A DNA stretch of 64,000 nt, taken from Phoronis australis. Taxonomy: Eukaryota; Animalia; Phoronida. Numbering within the stretch: the stretch's first letter is position 1; every line of letters starts with the position of its first letter. The translations under genes were made by a program, and so were the position numbers. Shown one piece after another: positions 47,894-60,526 of this stretch. The stretch spans positions 1,004,599 to 1,068,598 of the forward strand of contig NMRA01000013.1 of assembly GCA_002633005.1 (NCBI GenBank), given 5' to 3'. The notes under the pieces are model-generated. The model had not been told where the DNA came from, made no database searches, and saw only the letters and a program-made list of their open reading frames with translations.

Positions 47894-50330
47894 CGTCAAC
47901 AACATAATATTTCACGTCTACATTCAATTATGGAAGTCACACCGTGCGAGTTGCTTATGATATATCTAAACAAAATTAGTACATGTTTTAGCGACAATCG
48001 GCCACCAACCAATACAGGTGTATGAAGCTGCAGTCTCGCACTAAACCTGCATCACTGAGTCATGGGGTGCTGGTCCGGTACTGGAGTTCAAAGTATTATT
48101 GGTGGAATTTGAGGAGAGGCAGTAGAATTGTTTCCAACCCTTGAATAAAGCCCTAATTTTTCTATTGGGAGACACAAGTATCAAACTAACCACACACATG
48201 TACATGCACCTTGAGTCTTAAATCTGCACTTTTATCCGCCTATGTGTGAAGAACGAAAAGTGAATTCGTAAGATATTTGATAGTAAAACCTGACTTATCC
48301 GTAAGAAAAATGGACGAGATAAGCTTTGGCATGTATTCAACTTGAAAGTAATTATCAAATAAGAAGAATTAAGGACATTGATTATACACGTAGAGAATAC
48401 TCAATTTAAGTCATGCGCAGACGCAAGTTATAACAGACTGCACCTGTGAGCACTGCTTAGACACATGCACCCATGTGAGAAACACTCGAGTACACAATTT
48501 GGAAAAAATTCTAATATACACGTTGGCGGCATGAGCTGAAATGCGGGCGTTTACGGTAACAAACATGAGGCTTCCTTTGTATGTATCGATATGTTTCAGT
48601 GTAGCTGAAACGCGACTCTTTAATTTATGGCGCAAACTAATTCTGACAGTGACCACGGTTAACAAGCGTGGAAATTAATGATCTCGGAAAAAGCCAGTCT
48701 GAAAATGGAGGCAATGGAAGCTTTCCGTAGACGAAGTTTTGTGAGAAAAGCGAGCGGCAAAATCACGAGAAAGATGCGTGTTTCGCGAGCTTGCCCGAGA
48801 ACTTACTGGCGTTACGGAACAAAATGGCGGCCACTGAATGATTAGTAGGCGAGGTTGAAATGTTGAACATATCGGGATATATTCATAAATCACGGGATGA
48901 AGTTCTCTGTATTCTTTCCAATGGCGAAAATTTCTTGACATCATTGCAAGGTATTGTATCGGATTTACCTGCGGAATACACCTCGTATTCTTTCACCGGA
49001 AGTTGTTCAGTTGTTAGGATTCTGAAATCAACTATCCTAGTTGTGTTTTAGGCTACTCTTCGGGTAATTCTAACGACGACAAATGCTTGTTTTAACAAAG
49101 GGTCTTCATCGAACAAGTTAAAAAAATACCTAGTTAGTTTTTTGGAAAATAATTCGGACTTATGATAGCTGTAGTTAAATATAATTATCAACTTAGCGAG
49201 AGTCGATTCTACTTTAGAGAGAAGGTCGTTTTTCGGACATGAAAGGCCGAAGGCGACCACACCTAATAATCGATAATATTTTTCTTTCACAGTGTCCGAC
49301 ATATTTAAACCTCTTGCACGTCCTCACGTGCCTTTAAAACGACCAACAGTTTTTCGACTTGCTTCATTGATGTCTAAATAAAACCTTTACCACGAATCTG
49401 TTTTACATCACTTAACGATATCATTTCCACAATATTGAGGATACTTGCGCACGTTGTCACCAAAATTCCACGGGTAATAAAAGCTCGGTGTACAACAATT
49501 TATTTCCAAGCTATCCGGTGCTCCAAAACTACGCTTGCTGACCTAAAACGGATTAACGAAACAACTCACCTTTGCCAGTCTCTTGGTAAAATAAACAAAC
49601 CCCGCTGATGAAGTTTTAACATGATTGCCAGCCAACTTTTTGAACTACTTCTTCGCCGGGAATGACCGCACAAAATCAATTTGCTGGGTCGTTAATTATC
49701 TGTCGACACATCTCAGCGCACGCTGCTGACGTATCGGGTGTCGAATGTTTTTGTTTTAAACCCCTTCGTTTCACTCGTTAGGCTTAACTCAGCTTTATTG
49801 AAGACAGTTGCGTTTGTTTGATTTCTTCTTTTTAGTTTGTTTTTGATGAGACGAGGAACATCATTGCATTTTCCCATTCCATTGCGGTCTCATTATCATT
49901 CAGTCGTTTCCCTGTAGCGCTCATTTAAAATTATAACCGTGTAGAGTTATGAGTAAGCGCAAGAAAAAACATTGTGGCCAAACACACTAAAATGACGAGC
50001 ATGGGCAATTTCGCGTCCTCGCTGGTTTCCTGCGTGCCTAGCCAGCACGCATAATGACCATCACCTAGCGGCACGCAGGGAACCAGCGAGTTTCTCGTCT
50101 TGGTATTTACCGATATGATATTTAAGATATTTAAATTGTTTTTAAAAAAACTCAAACGTTGATTCTTTCCAAAGATGATACCCAGGCCTGTTTTTGAACA
50201 TTATCTGATAATAACTGCCACAATATCACACATATTTTTACTACAAATAATAGTTTATAGTCATCGTCAGCACACAAATGTTTGAAGTTGAAAGCCCCTT
50301 ATGGCTACAAGTCGACAAGCCTGACCTTTA

Positions 50331-50370
50331 GCGCCTACGTGTGCCTACGTGCGCTTATGTGCGCCTACGC
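50331..50370. repeat. 10-bp tandem repeat (GCGCCTACGT)x4, degenerate
   Basis: gcgcctacgt gtgcctacgt gcgcttatgt gcgcctacgc. Confidence 0.8.
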
Positions 50371-50881
50371 CCCACTACAGCACTGTTACTGAGTGGTTAA
50401 AGCCATTCATGTCTCTCGGGTCCTCACTGAGGAAGAATGCTATTCAGCTGAAACAAGGTTTCATTATCTCTCTGGCAGGTTATAAATGCATCCGGAAAAG
50501 TTCAAGTATTCTAATAGCCTCAAATACCCCACGGAGGTGTTTCAAATATGCGCATGCGGACTTCAATCATTCGGTAAGTCATGCGACGGTACAGTATCGA
50601 AACGAAAAATAATTGGTGCCAAAATCGATACATTGACAATAGAAAGTGTAGCTGATTTCATATGATCAGCTTTATTTTCCAATTCAGGCAACTATGTCGC
50701 GAATAACGCCACGTTGAAGTAGAACTAAGCTTGAATCTCTTGACGACTATCCAAAGTGGTGGGTTTCCTAATTTCAAAGAGACAAAATCCATTCAAAAAT
50801 ATAGTCGAGTCCCTTGGGTTTAAACGATCAAACATATCCCATGTTTTCTCTGTACACGGTGTCGAAAAAAATATCAACATC

Positions 50882-51133
50882 CATGCACGCACCCAGCCTA
50901 AAAAGGGGGGCTCAAATTTTTGAGACTGTGGACCTTTTATTATGATCCACGGTGTAGGTTCAGAGCTATGCCTTTTGAATTCGCAGAATTTTGATAGTTC
51001 CTGCCTTTTTAATGTATTTTTGTCCCGTTTTCCACTTTTTCGGAGGTATTGTTTCTCTAAGGCGGACCTTTTTGCCCACTTCGCCAAATAGAGGGCTCGC
51101 TCAAGCCCCCCGAGCCCCCCTGGGTGCGCCATG
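50882..51133. mobile_element. Second copy of the CATG-terminal MITE family
   Basis: catgcacgcaccca / tgggtgcgccatg termini; shared internal tgtggacctttta, gcggacctttttgc, acttcgccaaat, ccccccgagcccccctggg; flanks ACATC/ATATC. Confidence 0.85.
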
Positions 51134-51348
51134 ATATCGAACTAGCAGAATCGATATTGGTGCCGCATCGACTTTCAAACATTGGTACCCAACCGGATCT
51201 ATGACTGAAATTCATATGCGCAGACACCTCCTAGGCAAAGGTACTATAGGTGTAACTGTAACATTTTTGTCTAAGGGAAATTTGACACAACGGAAATATC
51301 CGATGTGGCCCGGTAAGTACTAAACGTGCAGCAGAAAAGTGCCCAACA

Positions 51349-52340
51349 TTTTTTAAACAATATTTATTGAGGATAAAAGTACGAGATACAGTCACCCTAA
51401 TACCTTTTGAGGCTTAAAAGCAAAAAAGCATATTTTCAAGATGATCCTCACAAAAATACATACAAGAACATGATCATGAGTAATACTATAAACAATGGAC
51501 GGAACTTGAAGATACAATGGTATTTAATATCAAATAATTCGATAATGGCAAAGCAGGAAATTTTATATAAAATAAAGTGCTAACGATAAGATTTTTAATT
51601 AATATTTTATATGAAAAGAGAAATGCAATGCACAGGTAACTGTGTTGTTGTCATAAGATCATATGAAAGCTGTACATGTTTTCTTGAAATTGTTAAAAGT
51701 AGTCTTTAATGTGATTAGGGAGATCATTCCACTCCCTGATGGCAAGAACAAATGCCTTTTATAAAAAGCATTCCTGTGTCTAGGTACTGGAAGGTAATGT
51801 TGTGAGGCAGAACGAGTACTATTTGCTCTATGTGTGGAGCGAACTTGTACAATATTTCTGGAAAGGTGTTCTGGTGCATCAACACTTAAAGACCAAACAC
51901 AACCGTCTAATTTCTGAAACTTATCAGTGGCTTCCCAATTTGGCTCAGTGAGTACGTGACGTGACGGAGGGTCAAATGGGACACAGAGGATGATTCTGAC
52001 AGCCTGTTTTTGCACCATTAAAAGCTTATTAATCAAATTGGTTCTGCAACCGGACCACACAGTGCACTGACGATACAACAAGGAGGTAACGGCACACATA
52101 GGAACTACAATACCTAAATTTGCCCTCTCCATAAAAGCAGAGGCTAGTACGTCTGAAAAGCCTGAGTCTCTGACGTATTCTAGAGGAAACCTCAGAAACA
52201 TTTCAAAATTGTCACTCCATCATAATGTGTTGTCAATATGAACACCGAGTAGTTTCCAAGAATTTGTATGTTCCAAATAAATTTCCTCAAATTTTAGACC
52301 TACTTTAAAATCCTGTCTATAATGTTTTTGTTTAGAGGCG
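51349..52340 (-). mobile_element. 5'-truncated, decayed CR1/L2-group non-LTR retrotransposon (3' end of ORF2 plus 3' UTR)
   Basis: Minus-strand peptides KLLGVHIDNTL*W, CTVWSGC...KLLMVQKQAVRIIL, APEHLS, STRSASQHYLPVPR..NAFYKR; AATAAA at 51368-51363 followed by a short A run. Confidence 0.88.
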
Positions 52341-53048
52341 ATAGTTTTACTTGTATTCACAGTCATTCTTCTGTCGCGACACAAGCCTAGCTTCAAAGCT
52401 GGCTTATTCGTTTAAAACGCCATCACTCTGAAATGACAGGCCTACTAAGACGATCCAACTGATCACAAGTTACGAAACGTTTGGGGGGATGGTTGTGAGA
52501 CCTACTGGTGACTGAAAATTTACAACATTCTGAACAGAAAGTCCTAAGTGAACAAGACAAGATCTAAATTATGAAATACAAAGCTGAAAGTCGGTAATAT
52601 CGTATTGTAAAACCGCCCAGAGCTGGAAAAAAAATGGTACCAAGCGGACGACAAACGATGCTCAGGTACGTATTCTCGATCAAAGTTTCAAAAAATTGTC
52701 AAAAGAGAGGCCAAAAAGAACTCCAATCACGGCATGCATACTTGCACCTATTTCATACAACACCAGACTACCAAGAACTGTTTTCTTATCTGTAATAATT
52801 TCTGCAAGCAGCTGCCTTTCAAACAGTCACTGGAAGTTTCACCTAACAAGGACCGGGAATAAAATAAACAATAACGGTAATGGAAATGTGTTACCATACT
52901 CTTCTCAAAATGCGCCAATACCCTGGCTGTCCGCATAATCAGATTTTCGTTATGGACAATCGAACTGAGTAGACAAGGGTTCGATTGTGGCATGCGATTT
53001 TCTCCCGAGTCACACGAAAATCGGAGCAAAATCGGGTATGCTCTATCT

Positions 53049-55057
53049 CACCGACAAATCGCTTTTCACTTTCTAGCTTGGAAACTGAATCGTGTTAGAG
53101 GACCTGACAGCACACTTCTGTTGACCGTATTGGCGAAAGTCGTTTACAGAGAATGACTAGTCAGCGTGTCTCACATAGTCCTACTTAGGCCAAGCCGAAC
53201 GGTTGTAACTACTGTCAAGCGTTCTTTTTTCGAAACAGTGCTCATGGTGAGCACACTGGCCACTGGGAGTTGCTTCAGAACGCGTCATGCAGCTGATTCA
53301 AGGTTGAAACCGTGTTACCAGGCCAAAAGCTATTGGCCCTGCTATGACCGCTGTGATTTAGATCACTTAACCGGTATTAAATTTAATTACCGTAAGTAGT
53401 TTAAATCATAAGTTGGAGATTTTGTAGAAGGCATTGGCTCTGCCTAAATTTACCCCTTGGTGAGACATCGGAAGAGTATTCTGTTGAACTAGACTATCTC
53501 ATTTCGTTTCTTTGCAGGGACGAAAAGGAAGAATTTGTTTGAAACAGAAATAACGGGGGCTATGAGAAACGAACAAAAGTTCAAAATTTCAAAAACACAT
53601 ACGTTTTGCTGGTACGACAAGTACAAAATGCGGCCAAACAGCAGACTTGCTATATTATTTTATTTGTTCCCCATTGTTTTGAAAACAAAATGTAACCGAT
53701 GAGATGAGCTACAAAGAAGCGTTTCTTTGTTTTTTACTCAACTCAAACCGGTTTGTGAGTACTACAGTGGTGTCGTGCAGGGGGCTTTCAAAGAAACGTG
53801 CGTAACCTTGGTTGAAACTGAAGTGGGTGTGCGCTTTATTTTGTAAAAGTCAATAAACCTGCGTTTCGTCGTAGAAACTAAATTCCAATCTTGACCACTT
53901 ACGGCTCATAAAATTGGGCTCATCTTTTTCCTTATTTAAGTGAGAAGTAATTTTTCGCCCTTGCAAAAGCGCAATGCAATTTCTATCCAAGTCCAAAAAT
54001 AACACATATTTTGACTACAAGATAAGTTGAGACCAATTTCATTGGGGTAAGTTGTCTATTTTTTNCACCGACAAATCGCTTTTCACTTTCTAGCTTGGAA
54101 ACTGAATCGTGTTAGAGGACCTGACAACACACTTCTGTTGACCGTATTGGCGAAAGTCGTTTACAGAGAATGACTAGTCAGCGTGTCTCACATAGTCCTA
54201 ATTAGGCCAAGCCGAACGGTTGTAACTACTGTCAAGCGTTCTTTTTTCGAAACAGTGCTCATGGTGAGCAAACTGGCCACTGGGAGTTGCTTCAGAACGC
54301 GTCATGCAGCTGATTCAAGGTTAAAACTGTGTTACCAGGCCAAAAGCTATTGGCCCTGCTATGACCGCTGTGATTTAGATCACTTAACCGGTATTAAATT
54401 TAATTACCGTAAGTAGTTTAAATCATTGGCTCTGCCTAAATTTACCCCTTGGTGAGACATCGGAAGAGTATTCTGTTGAACTAGACTATCTCCTTTCGTT
54501 TCTTTGCAGGGACGAAAAGGAAGAATTTGTTTGAAACAGAAATAACGGGGGCTATGAGAAACGAACAAAAGTTCAAAATTTCAAAAAACACATACATTTT
54601 GCTGATACGACAAGTACAAAATGCGGGCAAACAGCAGACTTGCCATATTATTTTATTTGTTCCCCATTGTTTTGAAAACAAAATGTAACTGATGAGATGA
54701 GCTACAAAGAAGCGTTCATTTGTTTTTTACTCAACTCAAACCGGTTTGTGAGTACTACAGTGGTGTCGTGCAGGGGGCTTTCAAAGAAACGTGCGTAACC
54801 TTGGTTGAAACTGAAGTGGGTGTGCGCTTTATTTTGTAAAAGTCAATAAACCTGCGTTTCGTCGAAGAAACTAAATTCCAATCTTGACCACTTACGGCTC
54901 ATAAAATTGGGCTCATCTTTTTCCTTATTTAAGTGAGAAGTAATTTTTCGCCCTTGCAAAAGCGCAATGCAATTTCTATCCAAGTCCAAAAATAACACAT
55001 ATTTTGACTACAAGATAAGTTGAGACCAATTTCATTGGGGTAAGTTGTCTATTTTTT
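53049..55057 (+). repeat. About 1-kb direct duplication split by the N at 54065 (53049-54064 = 54066-55057); probable uncollapsed haplotypes
   Basis: Boundary exactly at the N; SNPs and an indel of about 25 nt (near 53410-53435) distinguish the copies. Confidence 0.9.
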
Positions 55058-58000
55058 GTGACGGAATGCAGGTTCATAGCCGCTTTCAGGTGAAGCCCAG
55101 ATTTCAAAATGAACCAAAACCAACTATGGATTTTTAGCCTGAGCGTTGAGTTGCAATAGTGGATCTCATTTTTTTTCTTCTCAAACCAAAGCATCGGAAC
55201 TTAACGACAGTGCGCAATATTGCTTTGAAAATGAACTGTCATACTTCTTCAATTAATTTCAATTTCAAAAGAGGGGACGGAACTTTTGAGCGGTTAGTCT
55301 GCTTGAGAAATAACACGAGAAGCCAATCAAGGCGCTAATTAGTCCAGGTAATTTAATAAGACGTCTGTCAAAATTGACTGCAGGCTAGATGCTTCTAGTT
55401 TGTCGGCATTGACGCCATCAAGACGTTTGCCGAAAATGCACCTGCAAACAGAGTAGAGGGGATGGGATGGTAGAGGAACGGGACGGGGCTGGGCATCGCT
55501 GCGCGGTGAAAGAACAGGTATTTATTTGCTGGAAGACAAGAGGTACACACACCACCTACTAGTTCGCCAAAATGAGTGCATTGCAGCAAACATGTAAAGA
55601 TAGAAGACAGCTGGCTTGAATTTTATTTCGCTATTTTGTCTGCTGAGTCGAACATTTCCGGATGAGCTGAGTGTAGCGTGATCTATCTTTGACACCATTA
55701 ACAAGGTGCAAGTGCATCGTTAAATCATTTCGCAGCAATATCCTTACCGCTAGCCGCTAATTAGAAACACATACTCGCATGCAACCGCTCCCAGCCACAT
55801 ATGCTTACAATGCGAATATTTGAACACTGAGAATAAAAATATTATCATTGGCCAGTACCAATACTGATCAATTGACGAAATAAGACACGTACATGTAGTT
55901 CCCTAGAATAAGAAAACGTGATAAGTTCTAGAAAAAAGAAAGAACACTAGTGTGAGTCTATTCAAAACCACAAAATTGAGTACTATGCCTTGCCATCGCA
56001 TTGCACCACTGTGAATTAGAACAGGTACGTCTTCGTTAATTCACCAGTTTCACTACTCACGAAGCATCACAAGAATAATAACAACTCGTAAATTACACCT
56101 CTGTATGTATTTTCGGTTTTTAGTATCAATTTATCTTTAAGAAATAGAATTAATTCTATTCATGTGTCGCCGCCATTTTGTCGGGACACCAACCGCATGC
56201 CAAATGATGTCGTATCAGGAAGAGTTGGTCGTATGGATTTCGCAAGCTATTGTTTAACTTGAGAGATCCATGCCACGGGCGTAAGCAAGTGGCACGGATA
56301 TCATACCTTGGGTGAGCATCAGCCGGTTACCGATAAATGCTTACCATTATTTTTATTATAAAAAGGAATTACCACAAAGTGAACAATAGATACGCCTATC
56401 TACAGATATCTATGCCAGGAGCTTGCGCCCTAGTTTCCCGTCACCAAATAAAATAAAAAAATTCTATTGGATCAAATTGCGATGCAGGAACCTGCGAAGT
56501 TCCCTTCGAGGTTACAGAATCTCAGCAAGGAGTTTACAATAGTAAGAGTAGTCACCGGTGAGTTCGATGTTATCGCTACTACGAGCGCCGCCAACGGTCA
56601 CGTACGAAGCGCGGGAACAATGCGGAAGGGCGCCTTTTGCAGCGACAATACTTTGAACGCTGTTCAGCACCTCTTAAAACTTTTTGTTATGTCAGTTTGC
56701 AACTTTGACCAGTTATGAGTGATAACATACTCAATGTTAATACGTCTTATAACTTATAAGCTATTCTACGGCCTTTTCAACTGACTTGTGGACTATTGGT
56801 GATTGGAGTGCGAGAGTGCAGGGGAGCCTACCATGTACTGGCATGTCACTAAGAAATAACGGAATGTTCTAAAATTATACGTGAGAGTGCATCGGAGTGT
56901 ATTACAATGTTGTGGTAGTGATGAATTGTCTCGCTTTTGTCTTCTTACTTGTCTAACACCTACAGCACAAAACAATTGTTTGCACTGCTACAGCCTGGCG
57001 CATACCAATAGGGAACATGCTAAATTGTTGGGTGGAGATGAAACGAGCAGTGACCTGTGAGCACCTTGTAATGAAAAGTTGGTAAATACCCAGGATGGTA
57101 CTGACATAACCATAGAGGCCTGGCTATCGGTCATTACAAAAAGTTCTTTGGGACATGCATAAAACGAGGGGCAAATCTTATCATCACCTCAGCACATGTA
57201 GTCAATGGTCAGGCGGATCCAGCAACCAAAATTTGTGACGATGGGAGGAACTCAACACCTCTGTGGCACACCCATTGGTTTTTACCCAATGGCGCGCCCT
57301 GGAAGGGGGACTACACCCATTTGGCGCCCACCTGGTACTAGTTTTTTTATTCCTCCCATGTAACCCTTTCTGTGATGGCACCTGGGGGGGCAACTGTCTC
57401 CTGAACACCCAGGGCAATCAATAAAACTATGTAGCCCTTGGTATCAAGTGTAACTACTAGGAACGGTAATTTGCCGTATTGAAAACTCAAACATGAACCC
57501 AAAACAAAGTTTTGAAGGAAGCTTCACGAGAATGAAAGCAAATATCTTACTTTGAGTAAAACACACATTTTCATTCTCATTTGATTATAAATGAATTTAA
57601 AAATACGTAGTTACGTATGATTTACGTAGTTCGGACTCCCGCATCTAGGTCAGTTTTGCTTATTCGACGCTTGGGACACTAAATTTTCGAACGACTTGCA
57701 AGATGGCGGAGTGGGACCTCATTGATCTCGGTAACACACGGTAAATGCTATTTTACTTTTTATACCCCTTTACGGGTTGCAAAAGTACGTATCTTGAAAG
57801 AGATGAAGAAACAAAGAAATCACGAGCCGATGCGCGCCACTTATTGGACAGAAATTTCATGACTATACACCTGGTTTTCAAGAAATAAAAACTGTGGGGA
57901 TAATGGAGACTGCGCTAAGCTGGATTTAAAACTTAAGCGTTACATTTAAACTGTGCATACTAAGAAAACTATTGGGGAAAGAGACCAGCTGTCTTACACA

Positions 58001-58493
58001 GCCCACGCAGAGTGACGAACGGAAAGAGTTCAGTCGTAAAACGTAAAACGACGTGTAGGTTACGGTTACTGAATAACATGTTGACTTTATAAATGCCTTA
58101 CACTTACTCTCGGTAAACACACTGCGGAAGACCGAAAGATTAAGACTAAGCCTACGTCACAATTTACGAGATTTAAATTTTATCATCCACACGTCTTCCC
58201 CAGGCGACACGGACCAATGGGACATCAGTTTTTTCTTACACGCAGTTTATTTTCCAAGTAAATACTCACAATTGAATTTCCAAGTAATATTTGATTCTCT
58301 TTAAACTTTACAGAAAGCTCGAATTAAATGCCACTTTACTAAAATCTCATTTCCAAGAATATGTGAACATGGCAGCAAATTGCAATAAGTATACTGAATC
58401 GAAGTTTGATATTTTATTTATATCTTTTCTATTTTTGGTGTAGTGCATAAACAAAATAACCTAGTGCAGGTTGGGGGACAATACTGACCTCAT

Positions 58494-58569
58494 CAGAAGC
58501 GGATCCACGTCACCCCCAAGAACAGGAGGCGACGGCTAAGTTTCTTAATTTCCCGTGGATCAGCCACTA
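58494..58569. mobile_element. Very short internally deleted MITE of the CAG..GCGGATC terminal type
   Basis: cagaagcggatccacg ... cgtggatcagccacta inverted ends. Confidence 0.45.
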
Positions 58570-60475
58570 AAATTAATCAAAAATCCATTGTGTCAAACGC
58601 AAATACTCATGGACAATAATTTACGAAATGTCATAAATTCATTATTATCTTTCGATTAATAAAAATCTACAATGTGTTGTAAACTGGTGATAACTATATA
58701 CATAATAACTCAATGTCGACGTTACTGTATAGACAAATAAAACGAATGTGAAATTTGTGATATGGCCTTTCGGGATATTGAAAAGGGATGCAACTGTGTC
58801 GGTCAGGTGGAACGGTGACGACTAGCCCGGGCGGGTCGATAGCTTTTACGACCATGGGAGGATGAAAACTTTGGCGACCGGACGAAGAAGCAAATAACCA
58901 GGACCCCAAAGTTTTCATAACTTAGGACTCTCGGGAACCTTGATCCGACACTGGTGGGTTTTGATGATCTGCACTTTGAAAATGCTTTAGATAGTTCCCA
59001 GCCTGTTCATCAGGTCAAAAAGCACATCGATTCTGGTCTGCGCAACGACTCGTGTTGAAACCGGCACTGCACTGCTTAAAAATGAACCAGCCTGCATCTA
59101 GATTGATAGCAAAAGAACAGTTCCAATCCCGTGATCAAATTATATAAACGTTCAAAATGAAATCTCAAAAAGTCTGCTACAGCTCTCTAGGTTATAATTC
59201 CGTTTTCGTTCCATACAACATTTGAAATTTGTCATGATATGCTTTCATGCAAAGTAGAAATTTAATAAACAATTCCTAACACAATCCTTTCAAGGCAAGG
59301 AAAATTGAAAAACTTTTTACAATAAAAGCTCTAATTCTATTTTCTTGGTTTAAGACAATTTAATAGACAGAGCGAAATGCAGATTTATGAATTATCACTT
59401 CACTTTTCTTTCATGTAACTTTTTAGTTCTTCAGAAACATCCTAAATACCTTGTATTCTGACAGGAACTCTTACAAAAGTAGAACACTTAGAAACAATGC
59501 CCAATAAAATTTTGGAGAACTGTACAAAAAGCATAGAATCTGAAACTTTCTAATGTATGCAACATTTAACTTTTGAGATGTGATGATTCGAAGCTTGCTT
59601 AAAATTGCCCATTTTAGAGTCCTATATAGTTTTATGTTGAACGCAATACGCATTTTCTATTTTAGACGTTTATATGTTACACAAGCTTGACAGCCTCAAA
59701 GTTGTGTTCTCTATGTATCAGCGCAAAAATAATGAACTTTGTTTAAGAAACAACATAGGGAATGTTAATAATTTGCTCTTCAAGACGTGCTCTTAATTAA
59801 TAACGAATTGTCACTTCTTTAAGAAAGCAGAAATCACTTCACATTTGATAAAGAACAAGCTGAGACTAAATTTAAAGCGAAAAGTGATCAGAAATTCGCG
59901 TCTTGGGCGAAACGCCGGTATATAGCCGCTTTAAGAGCAATTGTCTGAGATTTCCTGCAATACCTAGAATACGGGTGTCTTCCGAACTGCATCTAACTTT
60001 AAGCAAACACATTCCTACTACAGAAATTCACACTCATGCAAAACATTTGCTTTCGCTGTTCCTTTATTCCAGGAAAATCTGTGGTCCTTTATTTCCGGCT
60101 AAATTTCACGTACCAGGGTTTTGGTTTCAATTTTAGCAAAATGCAATCCAATCGAAATTCAAATAACTGTACACATAACACAACAGGAAACTAATAATTG
60201 ATATTCTGGAACAACAAGAATTCAAGAGCACAAAAAATTCAGAAAATTTGAATGTGCTTTCATATTTGAATTCGAATGTTAATCGATGGCGTTCGGACAA
60301 AGGGTAAAAAATTCACAAACTTGAGGGCGTAGTTTCTACCAATACCAGAACCCGTTAGATAAGAAACATGTGCTATTTTATTCTTCAGTCGTTTGACTTA
60401 CAATTCAGTTGCTTTTGTGTAACGAATCGCCAAACAAATTTTCTCCGACTTGCTCAGGACCCGTACTCGCGGTAG

Positions 60476-60526
60476 TCATTATGACCAGAGGTCATTCTCA
60501 TTATGACCAGAGGTCATTCTCATTAT
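60476..60526. repeat. 22-bp perfect tandem duplication
   Basis: (TCATTATGACCAGAGGTCATTC)x2 + TCATTAT. Confidence 0.85.

Noticed and set aside
47525-47905. 126-aa and 81-aa ORFs with repeated CYVML
   Set aside because: Translations of the (ATAAC)n microsatellite and the adjacent MITE.
50725-51132. 135-aa minus-strand ORF
   Set aside because: Starts in the MITE terminus and is not conserved in the sister copy at 47526-47746.
51659-52201. 180-aa ORF, the longest in the window, as a host gene
   Set aside because: A frameshifted LINE ORF2 remnant, not an intact protein.
53166-54416. Two near-identical 77-aa ORFs
   Set aside because: Haplotype duplication at the N join; GTG start, no motif, no splice support.
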